64,000 nt of DNA, taken from an uncultured Gammaproteobacteria bacterium. Lineage in GTDB: Bacteria > Pseudomonadota > Gammaproteobacteria > Steroidobacterales > Woeseiaceae. Made by a program: the position numbers and the translations under genes. The DNA is taken from NCBI GenBank assembly GCA_963842765.1, contig CAWJHR010000013.1:15256-79255 (forward strand), in the 5' to 3' direction. Below, in pieces: positions 1 through 11,247 of this stretch; the first letter of the stretch is position 1, and each line of letters begins with the position of its first letter. The notes below the pieces were generated by a model. That model saw nothing but the letters and a program-made list of their open reading frames with translations, searched no databases and was not told the origin of the DNA.

Positions 1-669
1 GATCTCGACGATACGAGTAGCCAGGCGCTGGAGAAAGGCGCGGTCGTGCGTAATAAAGAGCACCGCGCCAGGGTAGGTATAGATCCGGTCTTCAAGCCAT
101 TTGATCGTTGCGATGTCGAGGTGGTTGGTCGGCTCATCCAGCAGCAGCAGGTCGGGTTTTTGCACCAGCGCTTTTGCGAGTGCTACCCGCCGTCGCCAGC
201 CGCCGGACAGTTCATTCATCCTCTTGTCGGCCGGCAGGTTGAGTTCCGTGATCGTGGTTTCGACGCGCTGCTCGAGATGCCAGCCATCGTGCGCATCGAT
301 CTTCGCATGCAGCGCTTCAAGCTCTCGCAGGCCGTGTTTATCGAGCTCGAGAGCAGACTTTTCCTGGTATTCGCGCAGCAGCTGTTCAACGTCAGTCAGG
401 CCCGAGCGAATGACCTCGGTGACCGGCAGGTCGAGGGCTTCGGGCAGGTTCTGTTCGAGCTGGCTGACAATCAAACCGGACTTGCTGATGATCTCACCGC
501 GATCCGGCTCAAGCGTCCCCATGAGCAGCTTCAGCGTCGTCGACTTGCCGGCGCCGTTACGCCCGATGAGGCAAATGCGCTCGCCCGCATCGATCGAGAA
601 TTCGGCGTCGCGCAGAATTAACTGCTCGCCGAATTCGAGTCCGATCTGGTCAAAGCGCAGCAACGACAT
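1..669 (-). CDS. uup: ABC-F family ATPase (Uup-like), N-terminal 223 codons; the rest lies beyond the window start
   Basis: My reverse-strand translation from the ATG at 669..667 reads MSLLRFDQIGLEFGEQ...CLIGRNGAGKST (Walker A), LSGGWRRRVALAKAL (ABC signature) and LLLLDEPTNHLD (Walker B). The frame stays open to base 1, so the gene is absent from the ORF track. Confidence 0.85.
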   Translation of the reverse strand, partial: MSLLRFDQIGLEFGEQLILRDAEFSIDAGERICLIGRNGAGKSTTLKLLMGTLEPDRGEIISKSGLIVSQLEQNLPEALDLPVTEVIRSGLTDVEQLLREYQEKSALELDKHGLRELEALHAKIDAHDGWHLEQRVETTITELNLPADKRMNELSGGWRRRVALAKALVQKPDLLLLDEPTNHLDIATIKWLEDRIYTYPGAVLFITHDRAFLQRLATRIVEI

Positions 670-756
670 ACAGGGTCCTTCAGGAGTGAGCGGTGTATTC
701 TAGGCGCATGATTCACGACCTGTGACGGCAAATGCAAATTACTGACGAGGATAGGC

Positions 757-963
757 ATGAGTGAAGACCGCTTTATCGATCTGGAGAGCCGCCTGACCCA
801 CCAGGACCAGCTGCTAAACGAGCTCAATGAGGTCATGACGCAACAGCAAGCGAAGCTCATGCAGCTCGAAACACTCTGCAACTCACTGATTTCAAGGGTG
901 CGGTCAATCGGGGACGCGATGCCGGATGGCGAGCCGACGGACGAGACGCCACCGCACTACTGA
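757..963 (+). CDS. slyX: SlyX family coiled-coil protein
   Basis: 68-aa ORF MSEDRFIDLESRLTHQDQLLNELNEVMTQQQ... Size, heptad character and the N-terminal RxxxLExRLxxQ pattern are typical of SlyX. Confidence 0.8.
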   Translation: MSEDRFIDLESRLTHQDQLLNELNEVMTQQQAKLMQLETLCNSLISRVRSIGDAMPDGEPTDETPPHY

Positions 964-1032
964 CGGCAAACCCGGATTCGTCGTAACCTGCGTTAACGTA
1001 TAGTGACGGTCAAAGCTGCGTAGGAGGGTGTC

Positions 1033-4000
1033 ATGTCATCGATTTTCAGGTTGTTCGTGCTGCTCCAGCTGTTCGCCGCGACGGCGCTGACAGCTCAAAC
1101 TACGGCGCCGCCAGCTCAAACTTATGTGCCGCCCGATCTCAAGGACTGGCAGCAATGGGTTCTGCAAGACCAGGAATATCGCGCTTGTCCCTTTTACTTT
1201 AACCGGCGCGCCGCCGCGCGCGACGACTTCGTCTGCGCGTGGCCCGGTCAGCTGGAACTCAGTGCCACAGCGTCCGGCGGGCGATTCAGTCAGTCATGGA
1301 CCGTGTACGCCGAGGAGCAGTGGGTCGCACTGCCCGGCGGCGTTGAGTACTGGCCCGAGCAAGTTGTCGCGAACGATCGCGCTGTTGAAGTCGTCGCGCG
1401 CGGCGATGTGCCGAGTGTTCGGCTAACGCCGGGAAGCTACAGACTGGGCGGTCAATTCGACTGGGATCAGCGGCCCGGCGTGTTGCCCATTCCGGCGGCC
1501 AGCGGACTCGTGTCATTGACCGTTGACGGGCGCCAGATCGAGCGCCCGGAGATCGCAGGAAACGGCGTCTATCTCGGCGAACGCAAGCGCACGACACAGA
1601 CAGTTGATGCCGTTACGACAACGCTGCATCGGCTGATCGCCGACGAGGTGCCGACACGGCTGATCACGCGACTCCAGATCGACGTATCCGGCGGCGTCCG
1701 CGAGGAGGCCTTCGAGCGTATTCTGCCGAGCGGATTTGTGCCGCTCGATATTGGCAGTCAGCTGCCGGCAAAGCTCGAGGCCGACGGCAACCTGCGCCTG
1801 CAGGTTCGACCCGGACGCTGGACAATCTTTGTAACCGCTCGGGGACCGGAGGTTGTCAACGCGTTGTCGCTGCAACCGCCCGGCGCAAACATGCCCGCGT
1901 CGGAAATCTGGAGCTATCAGTCGAACGACCGGCTGCGTGTTACCGCTGCCGAAGGCCTGCCGCCGGTTGACCCCAGGCAGGTGCAGGTGCCGGAAAACTG
2001 GAATAACTACCCCGCGTTTCGTGCCGAGGCAGGGGAGACGCTCACCATTGTCGAGCGTAGTCGTGGCATCGTATCGGCCAGCAACGAGCTGCAACTGTCG
2101 CGGACCATGTGGCTGGATTTTGATGGCAGCGGGTACGTCGTTCTGGACCGCATCGATGGACAGATGCAGAGTGACTGGCGCCTCGACATGCAGCGGCCGT
2201 ATGCGCTTTTGAGCGCGACTGAGGGCGGCGAGAACCTGTTGATTACCGGCGGCAAGGACGAGGGGCTGACCGGTGTTGAGGTACGCCGAACCGCGGTTGA
2301 TCTGCAGGCGCTTGGCCGCAGCGAGACACGTGGTGAGATGCCGGCCAGCGGTTGGGACAGCCGCTTTGGACAAGTGCGGGCGACGCTGCACCTGCCGCCG
2401 GGCCACAAGTTGCTGGCAGCGCCAGGCGTCGATGTGGCGCGCGGCAGCTGGGTCAGCCAGTGGCAGTTGCTCGATTTCTTCCTCGTTCTCATCATCACGA
2501 TCGCCGTCATGCGGCTGATGGGAGCCGGTGCGGCCGTGATCGCGGGGCTGGCGATGGTCTTGAGTGTCCACGAGATGTTCGCGCCCGGCTGGCTGTGGCT
2601 GAATCTGCTGGTCGCAATAGCGCTGATGCGCGTGGCACCCGCCGGGCGATTGCGGCAGCTGGTCAGCAGTTACCAGGTTTTGAGCGCTGTGGCTCTGGCC
2701 GTCATGCTCGTGCCATTTATCGCGAGTCAGCTACGTGTCGCCCTGTACCCGCAGCTGGAGCCGCAATACAACGAATATCAGCTGTATGACTATGCTGTGC
2801 CGACGACAGTCGCTATCGATCAGGAAAGTAAATTCATGGAGGAGGCTGCCAAGATGCGGCGGTCGAGCGATGCCGCGACTCGGAGCTGGCGCGCTGCTGC
2901 AAGTGCCGATGGAAGATGCCAGCAAGGCCCGGGACTTCGCACGCTACGCCCCGAACGCAATTGTACAGGCAGGGCCGGGGATTCCGTCGTGGCAATGGAA
3001 TTCCTATGCGCTGAACTGGACCGGTCCGCTGGATGCCGCACAAACCATGCGGCTGATTGTGTTGCCACGCTGGCTGGTCAGCACGCTGCGATTCGCCGCA
3101 GTGTTACTACTATTGTTGTTTGCAGCAGTGCTTGCAGCCGAGGTGTTCAACAAACGCTGGTCCCTGCCGGGCGGTCTGGCGCTGGGTCGCGGCGGCACGG
3201 CAAGCGCACTGGCAGTCACAATGATGCTGATGATGTTCGGCATCAGTGCACCGGCCGAGGCTGACATTCCGGACGCCACTTTGCTGCAGCAACTGAAAGA
3301 CCGGCTGCTGGAGCCGCCTGATTGCACGCCGCGCTGCGCCGAGATCGTGGCGGCTGATGTTGATATTGCGGCCAACGCGATCGCAATGACGCTGCGCATC
3401 GATGCGCTGGAAGAAGTTGCAGTGCCGTTGCCGGGATCGGCAGACGGCTGGCATCCTGATGCCGTGCGAACAGCAGCGGCAACGTCACAACGCGTTTTTC
3501 GCAGTGCCGACGGCATGCTGTGGGTGAAAGTCGCGGCGGGCAGCAACACGCTGACCCTGCGCGGCGTGGTGCCCGCCGTTGACAGCCTCGAAATTCCATT
3601 CCCGACAGCCCCGCGCGTGATCCGGGTTAAGGGTAACGGTTGGGAAATCGCCGGCATCAAGGATCGGCGGTTGCTGTCGGGTTCCCTGCAACTCACGCGC
3701 CTGCAAACCGGCGCCGACGGCGACCCGCAGGTGCGGTGGGAAAGCAGTCGTTTCCCGGCATTTGCGAACATCGCGAGGACCGTCGAGCTGGACCTCGACT
3801 GGCGAGTTACGACCACGGTGTCGCGCGTTGCACCGATGCAAGGTGCGGTGACGCTGGATGTACCCCTGCTCGAGGGTGAGTCCATCGTCAGTGGCGATTT
3901 TACGGTCAGCGAAGGTCGCGTGCTGATTTCGATGAGTCCGCAACAACACGTCGTCTCATGGACATCAAACCTGCCGCGCAAGTCACCGCTGACTTTGACG

Positions 4001-5099
4001 GCGAACGATGGCGCTTCCTGGAAGGAGGTCTGGCGCTTTGCTGTCGGCAATATCTGGAATGCCGAATTCGTCAGGCGTTCCGGAGAGCGATGCCAGTAAC
4101 ACCGGTGGTGACGTGCGCATCGCCGAGTTCCATCCGCGCGCCGGGGAGTCATTGACCCTCGACGCCACGCGACCGGAAGCGGTGAGCGGTTCGACACTGG
4201 CTTTCGACGCGGTGAACCTGGCCGTCACGCATGGCAGGCGCTCGAGTGATGCGATCTTGCGCCTCAACTACCGCAGTACGCGCGGCGCGCAACACGTGAT
4301 CAAACTGCCGACCGATGCCGAGGTCACGGCAGTAGCGATCGATAACCAGGCACAAACCCTCCGGGCGGAGGGCGGCGCGCTGACCGTACCGATTCTGCCG
4401 GGCGAACACAGCATTCAGATCGACTGGCGCAAGAGCGGGGAGATGAGCCTTTTCACCTCAACACCCAACGTCGATATCGGCGCCCCGGCCAGTAACATCA
4501 CGATGTCATTAACGCGGCCTAAAGACCGCTGGCTGCTGGGCACCAGGGGGCCGGAGCTGGGTCCGGCCGTACTGTACTGGTCGGAACTGGCAGCACTCAT
4601 ACTGTTTGCGCTGATACTCGGGCGTGTCGGTCTGTCGCCGCTGACCAGCCGCCACTGGCTGCTGCTCGGCATCGGTTTCAGCACGTTTAGCTGGGCAGCG
4701 CTCGGTTTCGTGGCGGTTTGGCTACTCGCGTGTGGCGCGCGTGAAAAATGGCAGCCGGACGTCGATTGGTGGCGTTTCAACCTGATTCAGGTCGGCATCG
4801 GTGGACTTACGATTATCGCGCTGTTGTTCATTGTGACGACGTTACCGGCCGGGCTGCTCGGGACGCCCGATATGCAGGTCGCGGGCAATAACTCTTACGG
4901 CAACGTGCTCGGCTGGTTTGCTGATCGCAGCCTGTCCAACCTGCCGGTCGCTACGGCCATCACGGCGCCGCTCTGGGTTTACAAAGCACTGATACTGGCG
5001 TGGGCACTGTGGCTCAGTTTCGCGCTGTTGCGCTGGCTGCCATGGGTCTGGCAGTGCTTTAGCAGCCAGGGCTACTGGCGATCGAGGACCAGCGCATGA
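1033..5099 (+). pseudogene. Very large (about 1350 codons) multi-pass envelope/membrane protein of unknown function, frame-disrupted twice in this sequence
   Basis: ORFs 1033..3264, 2735..4099 and 4008..5099 occupy frames 1, 2 and 3 and read as one protein when joined near 2870-2885 and 4069-4072. The SD taggaggg precedes the ATG. The protein starts with a signal peptide (MSSIFRLFVLLQLFAATALTAQT). Two long non-hydrophobic modules are each followed by clusters of hydrophobic helices (about nt 2460-2740, 3050-3260 and 4560-5060). I recognise no family. Confidence 0.7.
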
Positions 5100-5704
5100 G
5101 AATCGCCTGGATTGCAATTTTTCTCGTCGTGCTGGTCTGGTCGGGCATCGGCCCGAAAGACACGGTGACCTGGGGTCTCGAGGTGTTCCCGGCGGTGCTG
5201 GGCGCCGTTGTGTTGTGGTTTACGCGCGAGCGCTTTCCACTCACGACTCTGGTCTACACGTTGATATTGATTCACTGCGTGATCCTGATGGTGGGCGGTC
5301 ATTACACTTACGCGGAAGTGCCGCTGGGCGAGTGGTTTCGTGACGTTTTCGACGGCACCCGCAACAACTACGACAAGCTTGGGCATTTCGTGCAGGGTTT
5401 TATTCCCGTCATGATCGCCCGCGAGTTGATGATTCGTCTGCGCGTATTCAATTCAGCCCGCTGGCGCAATTTCTATCTGGTGTGCTTCTGCCTGGCGTTC
5501 AGCGCTTTCTACGAGCTCATCGAATGGTGGGTCGCGCTACTGTCGGACGAGGCCGCCGACGCTTTTCTGGGCACGCAGGGCTACGTCTGGGACACGCAGT
5601 CCGACATGGGCTGGGCGCTGTTCGGTGCGGTTGCCGGGCTGCTCCTGTTGAGCAGGTTGCACGACCGGCAAATGAGCGAACGCGGTTTCCTCGCCGCGGT
5701 CTGA
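5096..5704 (+). CDS. DUF2238 (YjdF-like) inner-membrane protein
   Basis: 202-aa hydrophobic ORF whose ATG overlaps the upstream stop (ATGA at 5096..5099). GHYTYAEVPLGEWF...NNYDKLGHFVQGF...YELIEWW resembles the YjdF/DUF2238 family. Confidence 0.75.
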   Translation: MRIAWIAIFLVVLVWSGIGPKDTVTWGLEVFPAVLGAVVLWFTRERFPLTTLVYTLILIHCVILMVGGHYTYAEVPLGEWFRDVFDGTRNNYDKLGHFVQGFIPVMIARELMIRLRVFNSARWRNFYLVCFCLAFSAFYELIEWWVALLSDEAADAFLGTQGYVWDTQSDMGWALFGAVAGLLLLSRLHDRQMSERGFLAAV

Positions 5705-5710
5705 GTCTGC

Positions 5711-6439
5711 ATGAAACGTTTACTCAGCTTGTTTTTTCTATGGGGACTCGTCGCTCCTGTGCAGGCTGCCGACTGCGTTGTTCTGCTGCACGGACTTGCC
5801 CGTACCTCCGGCTCGATGGACAAAATGCAGCAGGCGCTGATCGGGGCCGGTTTCGAGACTGCCAACATCAGCTATCCTTCACGGGAAAAGGTGATCGCGG
5901 AACTGGCGAGCATCGCGATCCCCGCAGGTCTCGAGGCGTGCCGCGCGAAGCCCGACATCGAGCACATCCATTTTGTGACGCATTCTCTGGGCGGCATTCT
6001 GCTGCGTCAGTACCTTGAGCAGAACGGCATCGACGAGCTCGGGCGCGTGGTCATGCTGGGGCCGCCCAACCAGGGTAGCGAGGCGGTTGCAGGCCTGGGC
6101 GGCGTGCCCGGTTTCGACTGGCTAAACGGTCCGGCCGGGCGGCAGCTCGGCAAAGGGGACAACAGCGTGCCGTTGCAGCTCGGTCCGGCCGATTTCGAGC
6201 TGGGCATCATCGCCGGCAACCGCACAATCGATCCGATTACGTCGAGCGTCCTCGAAAACCCTGATGACGGTCGCGTCTCGGTGGACGATACGCGGCTCGA
6301 CGGCATGGACGATTTTGTCGTTGTCGAACACTCGCACGCGTTCATGATGCGCATGCGCGAACCTATCGAACTGACGATTCGTTTCCTGCAGACCGGGAGT
6401 TTTGCCGATCCGGTCGAGGCTGGCGACGCTAAGCGTTAA
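5711..6439 (+). CDS. Secreted alpha/beta-fold hydrolase (lipase/esterase-like)
   Basis: Signal peptide [19 protein letters not shown], oxyanion-region LLHGL, nucleophile elbow THSLGG, later DDGRVS and HSHAF as candidate Asp/His. Starts 6 nt after the DUF2238 stop. Confidence 0.8.
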   Translation: MKRLLSLFFLWGLVAPVQAADCVVLLHGLARTSGSMDKMQQALIGAGFETANISYPSREKVIAELASIAIPAGLEACRAKPDIEHIHFVTHSLGGILLRQYLEQNGIDELGRVVMLGPPNQGSEAVAGLGGVPGFDWLNGPAGRQLGKGDNSVPLQLGPADFELGIIAGNRTIDPITSSVLENPDDGRVSVDDTRLDGMDDFVVVEHSHAFMMRMREPIELTIRFLQTGSFADPVEAGDAKR

Positions 6440-9304
6440 CCGCTGCTTTGGGCCGCCGCTTGCGGGTGCGCTTGATGAGTGGTTTCAGGTACTGCCCCGT
6501 GTAAGATCCCGGCGCTGCCGCCACCGTTTCGGGTGTGCCGGTCGCGATAATCTGACCACCGCCGTCACCGCCTTCCGGTCCGAGGTCGATGATCCAGTCG
6601 GCCGTCTTGATGACGTCGAGGTTGTGTTCAATAACGACGATGGTATTGCCGTGATCGCGCAGGCGGTGCAATACGACAAGCAACTGCTCGATGTCGTGAA
6701 AATGCAGGCCGGTCGTTGGCTCATCCAGTATGTAAAGCGTATTGCCAGTGTCGCGTTTGGACAGTTCCTTGGCGAGCTTCACGCGTTGCGCCTCACCGCC
6801 GGATAACGTGGTCGCGTTCTGACCGAGACTTAAGTAGGTGAGACCGACGTCTGTCAGGGTCTGCAGTTTGCGGGCGACGACCGGCACGTTGCGGAAAAAC
6901 TCCGCCGCGTCCTCGACCGTCATTTTCAGCACTTCACTGATGTTCTTGCCTTTATAACGAATCTCGAGAGTCTCGCGGTTGTAGCGCTCGCCGCGGCAGT
7001 TATCGCAGGGTACGTACACATCGGGCAGGAAGTGCATTTCCACCTTGATGACGCCGTCGCCCTGGCAGGCTTCGCAGCGGCCGCCTTTGACGTTAAAGCT
7101 GAAACGTCCCGGCATGTAGCCGCGCGAGCGCGCTTCCTGCGTGCCGGCGAAGAGCTCACGGATCGGCGTAAACAAGCCGCTGTAAGTCGCCGGGTTGGAG
7201 CGCGGCGTGCGTCCGATCGGGCTCTGGCTGATGTCGATGACGCGGTCAATATGCTGCAGTCCACGAATCTTCTTGAACGGTGCCGGGCTGCGACTGGCGC
7301 GATTGATTTCCTCGGACACGGCTTTGTAAAGCGTATCGTTGATCAGCGTCGACTTGCCGGAACCGGACACGCCCGTAACGCAGGTCATCAGACCAACCGG
7401 AATAGTGGCATCGATGCTGCGCAGGTTATTGCCGGACGCGCCCAGGATCTCGATATTTCGCTTGGGATCGGCTGGTGTGCGTTTTTCGGGCACAGCGATC
7501 GCGCGTTGCCCCGACAGGTACTGGCCGGTCAACGAGCGCGGCTCCTTCTGGATTTGTGCCGGCGTACCCTGCGCGACGATCTGGCCGCCGTGCACGCCGG
7601 CGCCAGGGCCAAGATCAACGACGTGGTCGGCTGACCGGATGGCCTCTTCATCGTGTTCGACAACAATCACCGTGTTGCCGATATCCCGCAAGTGCGTCAG
7701 CGTGCCGAGCAGGCGCTTGTTGTCGCGCTGATGCAGGCCGATTGACGGCTCATCGAGAATGTACATGACGCCGACCAGGCCCGAGCCGATCTGGCTGGCG
7801 AGCCGAATGCGCTGGGCTTCACCGCCGGACAGCGTTTCGGCTCTGCGATCAAGCGACAGGTAGTTCAGGCCGACGTCCGACAGGAAGCCAACTCGCTCGC
7901 TGATCTCCTTGACGATTTTTTCGGCGACGGTTGCGCGCCAGCCGTCGAGTTTCAATTCGTTCGAAGAACTCGCGCGCGTGGCCGATGGAGAGGGCGGTAA
8001 TCTCCGGTAGCGAACGCTCCGCGATGAACACGTTTCTTGCCGTCCGGTTCAGGCGCGTGCCGTCGCAATCCGGGCACGCGTGGCTGTTGAGGAACTTCGT
8101 CAGCTCTTCACGTACGGCGCCGGACTCGGTCTCATGGTAACGGCGGTCGAGATTGGGCAACACGCCCTCGAAGCGATGGTGCTTCTTGATCTGCATGCCG
8201 CGCGAATTGGCGTAGAAGAATTCGATTTTTTCCTTGCCGCTGCCATACAGCACGACGTCCTGCAGCTTCTTCGACAGCTCGTTAAACGGCGTTTCAATAT
8301 CGAAATCGTAATGTGACGCCAGGCTTTGGATCATCTGGTAGTAATACGTGGTCTTGCGATCCCAGCCGCGGATGGCGCCACCGGCCAGTGACAGGTTGGC
8401 GTTCACGACAACGCGGTCCGGATCAAAAAACTGCTTGACGCCAAGTCCATCGCAAGCCGCACAGGCGCCGCTCGGATTGTTGAACGAGAACAGCCGTGGT
8501 TCGAGTTCGGTCAGGCTGTAGCCACAGATGTTGCAGGCGAAGCGATCGGAGAAGACGATTTCCTCCTGGGTGTCGTCATCGATCCACGCGATGCGGGCAA
8601 CACCGTCAGCCAGTCGCAGCGCGGTTTCAAACGATTCGGCGAGTCGCAGCCGCATTTCATCTTTTACTTTGAAGCGATCGACGATCGCGTCGATGTTGTG
8701 CTTCTTGCGCAAGTCCAGTGCCGGCGGCTGATCCAGTTCGTAGATCTCGCCATTGATGCGTGCGCGAACGAAGCCCTGTGCCTGCAGGTCGGCCATGAGG
8801 TTCACGTGCTCACCTTTGCGATCGGCAACGACGGGAGCCAGCAGCATCAGGCGCGTGCCCTCCGGCAGCTCGAGCACATGATCGACCATCTGGCTGACCG
8901 TCTGTGCCTCGAGCGTGATGCCATGATCGGGACAGCGCGGCGTGCCGGCACGTGCGAACAGCAAGCGCAGGTAATCGTATATCTCCGTTACCGTGCCGAC
9001 CGTAGAGCGCGGGTTATGCGACGTGGACTTCTGTTCGATCGAGATCGCGGGCGACAGTCCGTCGATATGATCGACGTCCGGCTTTTCCATCATCGACAGA
9101 AACTGACGGGCATAGGCCGACAATGATTCCACGTAGCGGCGCTGGCCTTCTGCGTAAATCGTGTCGAAGGCGAGCGAAGACTTGCCGGACCCCGATAGTC
9201 CCGTCAGCACAATCAACTTGTCCCTCGGCAGGGTCAGATCGATATTGCTTAAGTTATGCGTGCGTGCGCCGGAAATGCGGATGCAGCGGTTCAGTCGACT
9301 TCAT
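6429..9304 (-). pseudogene. uvrA: Excinuclease ABC subunit A (UvrA), frame-disrupted twice in this sequence
   Basis: ORFs 7849..9216 and 6429..7955 together give full-length UvrA ([37 protein letters not shown]...; CxxC zinc modules; second ATPase [10 protein letters not shown]). They join near 7950-7953 ([22 protein letters not shown]). The N-terminus MKSTEPL (ATG at 9304) joins [16 protein letters not shown] only if one base near 9283 is removed. Confidence 0.9.
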
Positions 9305-9413
9305 AAGGAGGGTTCAAGGTTCGCGGAACAACCTGCTAATATACGCCGCCCCGTATCTTGCGCGCAAAGGAACCCTCGGTTTGAGCTCAGAAAGTCGCGA
9401 CAACGCTATCGCC

Positions 9414-10558
9414 ATGAACGCATCGGAGCGCCGCTCTGTCGGTGTGGTTGCGCTGATTGCGATCATTCGGATGTTTGGCCTGTTCGCGCTGCTGCCGGTC
9501 CTGTCGCTGTATGCCGCGGACCTCGACAATGCCACGCCACTATTGATTGGTTTGGCGGTTGGGGCCTATGGCCTGACGCAGGCCGGCTTTCAGATTCCCC
9601 TCGGCGCGTTGTCCGATCAGGATCGGCCGAATTCCGGTCATTCTTCTGGGTCTCGGCATTTTCGCGGCAGGCAGCGTGCTGGCCGCGCTCAGCGATTCGA
9701 TCTACGGCGTCATCGCGGGTCGCCTGCTGCAGGGCGCCGGCGCGATATCGGCGACGTTGACGGCGCTCATTGCCGATGCGACTCGCGAGGAAATCAGAAC
9801 CCGCTCGATGGCGATTTTCGGTGTCGGCATCGGTTTTTCATTCATGGTTGCGATGGTCGCAGGCCCGCTGATTGCGGCACAGTTCGGCGTCAAGTCGCTG
9901 TTCTGGATGGCGGCTGCACTGGCCGTGGCGGCGGGCCTGATGCTTGGCCTCTTGCCCAGGATTTCGCGTCCTGTGCGCCGCGAGAGCTGGAGCCTGGTGC
10001 CCGCTTTTCGGGCCGATCTCCTGCAGCTTGATTTCTACGTTTTCCTGCTGCACACGATCATGACGGCGACCTTCGTGGCGTTGCCATTCCTGTTATATAA
10101 CCGCCTTGAACATGGCCCTGTCCGATCACTGGAAGATGTATGTCGGCGCGCTGTTGCTGTCCTTGCTGATCACGGTGCCATTAATCATCCGTGATGAGCA
10201 TCGCGGACGGGGTCGGCTGATCGGTATCGCTGTGACGCTGATTCTCGGCGCGCAGCTGGCGTTGGCGTTTATCGGGTTCTCCACGACCCCCGTTTTTATT
10301 GCTCTTGTCATGTATTTTGGTGGCTTCAATTTTCTCGAGGCGGGGCTTCCTGCGCGCCTTTCGATACTGGCCGAGGACGACGTTCGTGGCGCATCCCTGG
10401 GCGTGTTTTCCAGCGCCCAGTTTCTCGGCGCGTTTTCCGGCGGCTTGATCGGCGGGCGCTTCCTGGGGCAGGGCCAGCCAGCGGATGTGTTCTTCGTCTG
10501 CGCGCTGCTGGCGGGGATCTGGCTTGCCATGCAGGGTTTCGGCAGAATTCGGCGCTAA
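9414..10558 (+). pseudogene. MFS transporter, frame-disrupted twice in this sequence
   Basis: Three frames give one 12-TM-type protein: MNASERRSVGVVALIAIIRMFG...GALSD / RIGRIPVILLGLGIFAAGSVLAALSDSIYGVIAGRLLQGAGAIS...LLYNRL / NMALSDHWKMYVGALLL... The joins are at about 9619 and about 10106. The position between uvrA and ssb matches Pseudomonas. Confidence 0.8.
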
Positions 10559-10668
10559 TCGTGCAGAAATCGGGGTAGCTTTTGGCCCCTCAGGCTCTAC
10601 AATAGGCCCCCCTCGCTGCCAGAGCGGCGGGCACCTACCGATAATCGCATTCAAGACAGGGGACCGAT

Positions 10669-11160
10669 ATGGCCCGCGGAGTAAACAAAGTAATCATCGT
10701 TGGTAACCTCGGACAGGATCCCGAGACGCGCTATATGCCGAGTGGCTCAGCCGTTACCAACTTCACGGTTGCAACCAACGAGTCGTGGAAGGACAAGCAG
10801 ACCGGCGAGCAAAAAGACCGCACCGAATGGCATCGCGTCGCGATGTTCAATCGCCTGGCGGAAATCGCTGCCGAGTACCTGCGCAAGGGCTCTCAGGTCT
10901 ACATCGAGGGCAAGCTGCGCACGCGCAAGTGGCAGGGCCAGGACGGCAACGACCGTTACACCACCGAGATCATCGCCGACGAGATGCAGATGCTCGGTGG
11001 CCGCGGCGGCAGCGGCGGAGGTGACTTTGGTGGTGGTCGCTCGCAAGGCGGTGGCCAGGGTGGCGGCCAGAGCGGCGGCCAGGGTGGCGGTCAAGGTGGT
11101 GGTGGCAGCGCGCCGCCGCAGCCAGGTCCGGAAGAGTTCGACGACGATATTCCGTTCTAG
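10669..11160 (+). CDS. ssb: Single-stranded DNA-binding protein
   Basis: [26 protein letters not shown]..., OB fold, Gly-rich linker and the canonical acidic tip DDDIPF. Confidence 0.97.
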   Translation: MARGVNKVIIVGNLGQDPETRYMPSGSAVTNFTVATNESWKDKQTGEQKDRTEWHRVAMFNRLAEIAAEYLRKGSQVYIEGKLRTRKWQGQDGNDRYTTEIIADEMQMLGGRGGSGGGDFGGGRSQGGGQGGGQSGGQGGGQGGGGSAPPQPGPEEFDDDIPF

Positions 11161-11187
11161 GCAACTGTTGCAGAGATTGTTTTAGCA

Positions 11188-11220
11188 AGCCGCGCTACCC
11201 CTCGGTAGGCGCGGCTTTCT
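11188..11220 (+). terminator. Possible intrinsic terminator after ssb
   Basis: Imperfect GC-rich hairpin agccgcgcta / taggcgcggct followed by tttct. The T-tract is short. Confidence 0.4.
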
Positions 11221-11247
11221 CAATTTAGTCATACAAGGATTGACGTA

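Noticed and set aside
1513-4197. Long antisense ORFs inside the large membrane-protein gene (1513..2571 and 3004..4197 on the minus strand). Similar ones lie opposite miaB (13021..14163), leuS (19952..20998), DUF885 (56320..57432), djlA (43112..44059) and gcvT (57930..58748).
   Set aside because: These are typical stop-poor antisense frames of GC-rich DNA. Their translations are Arg/Ala/Pro-rich with no protein character, while the opposite strand carries clearly recognisable genes.
9305-10668. I looked for SOS (LexA) boxes in the uvrA/MFS divergent spacer (9305..9413) and upstream of ssb (10559..10668).
   Set aside because: I could find no CTGT-N8-ACAG-type palindrome or other clear inverted repeat by eye. 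Absence cannot be proven without a matrix scan.
10990-11110. GGT/GGC-rich low-complexity repeat in the 3' part of ssb.
   Set aside because: It encodes the normal Gly-rich disordered linker of SSB, in frame and ending in DDDIPF. It is not an independent repeat element.
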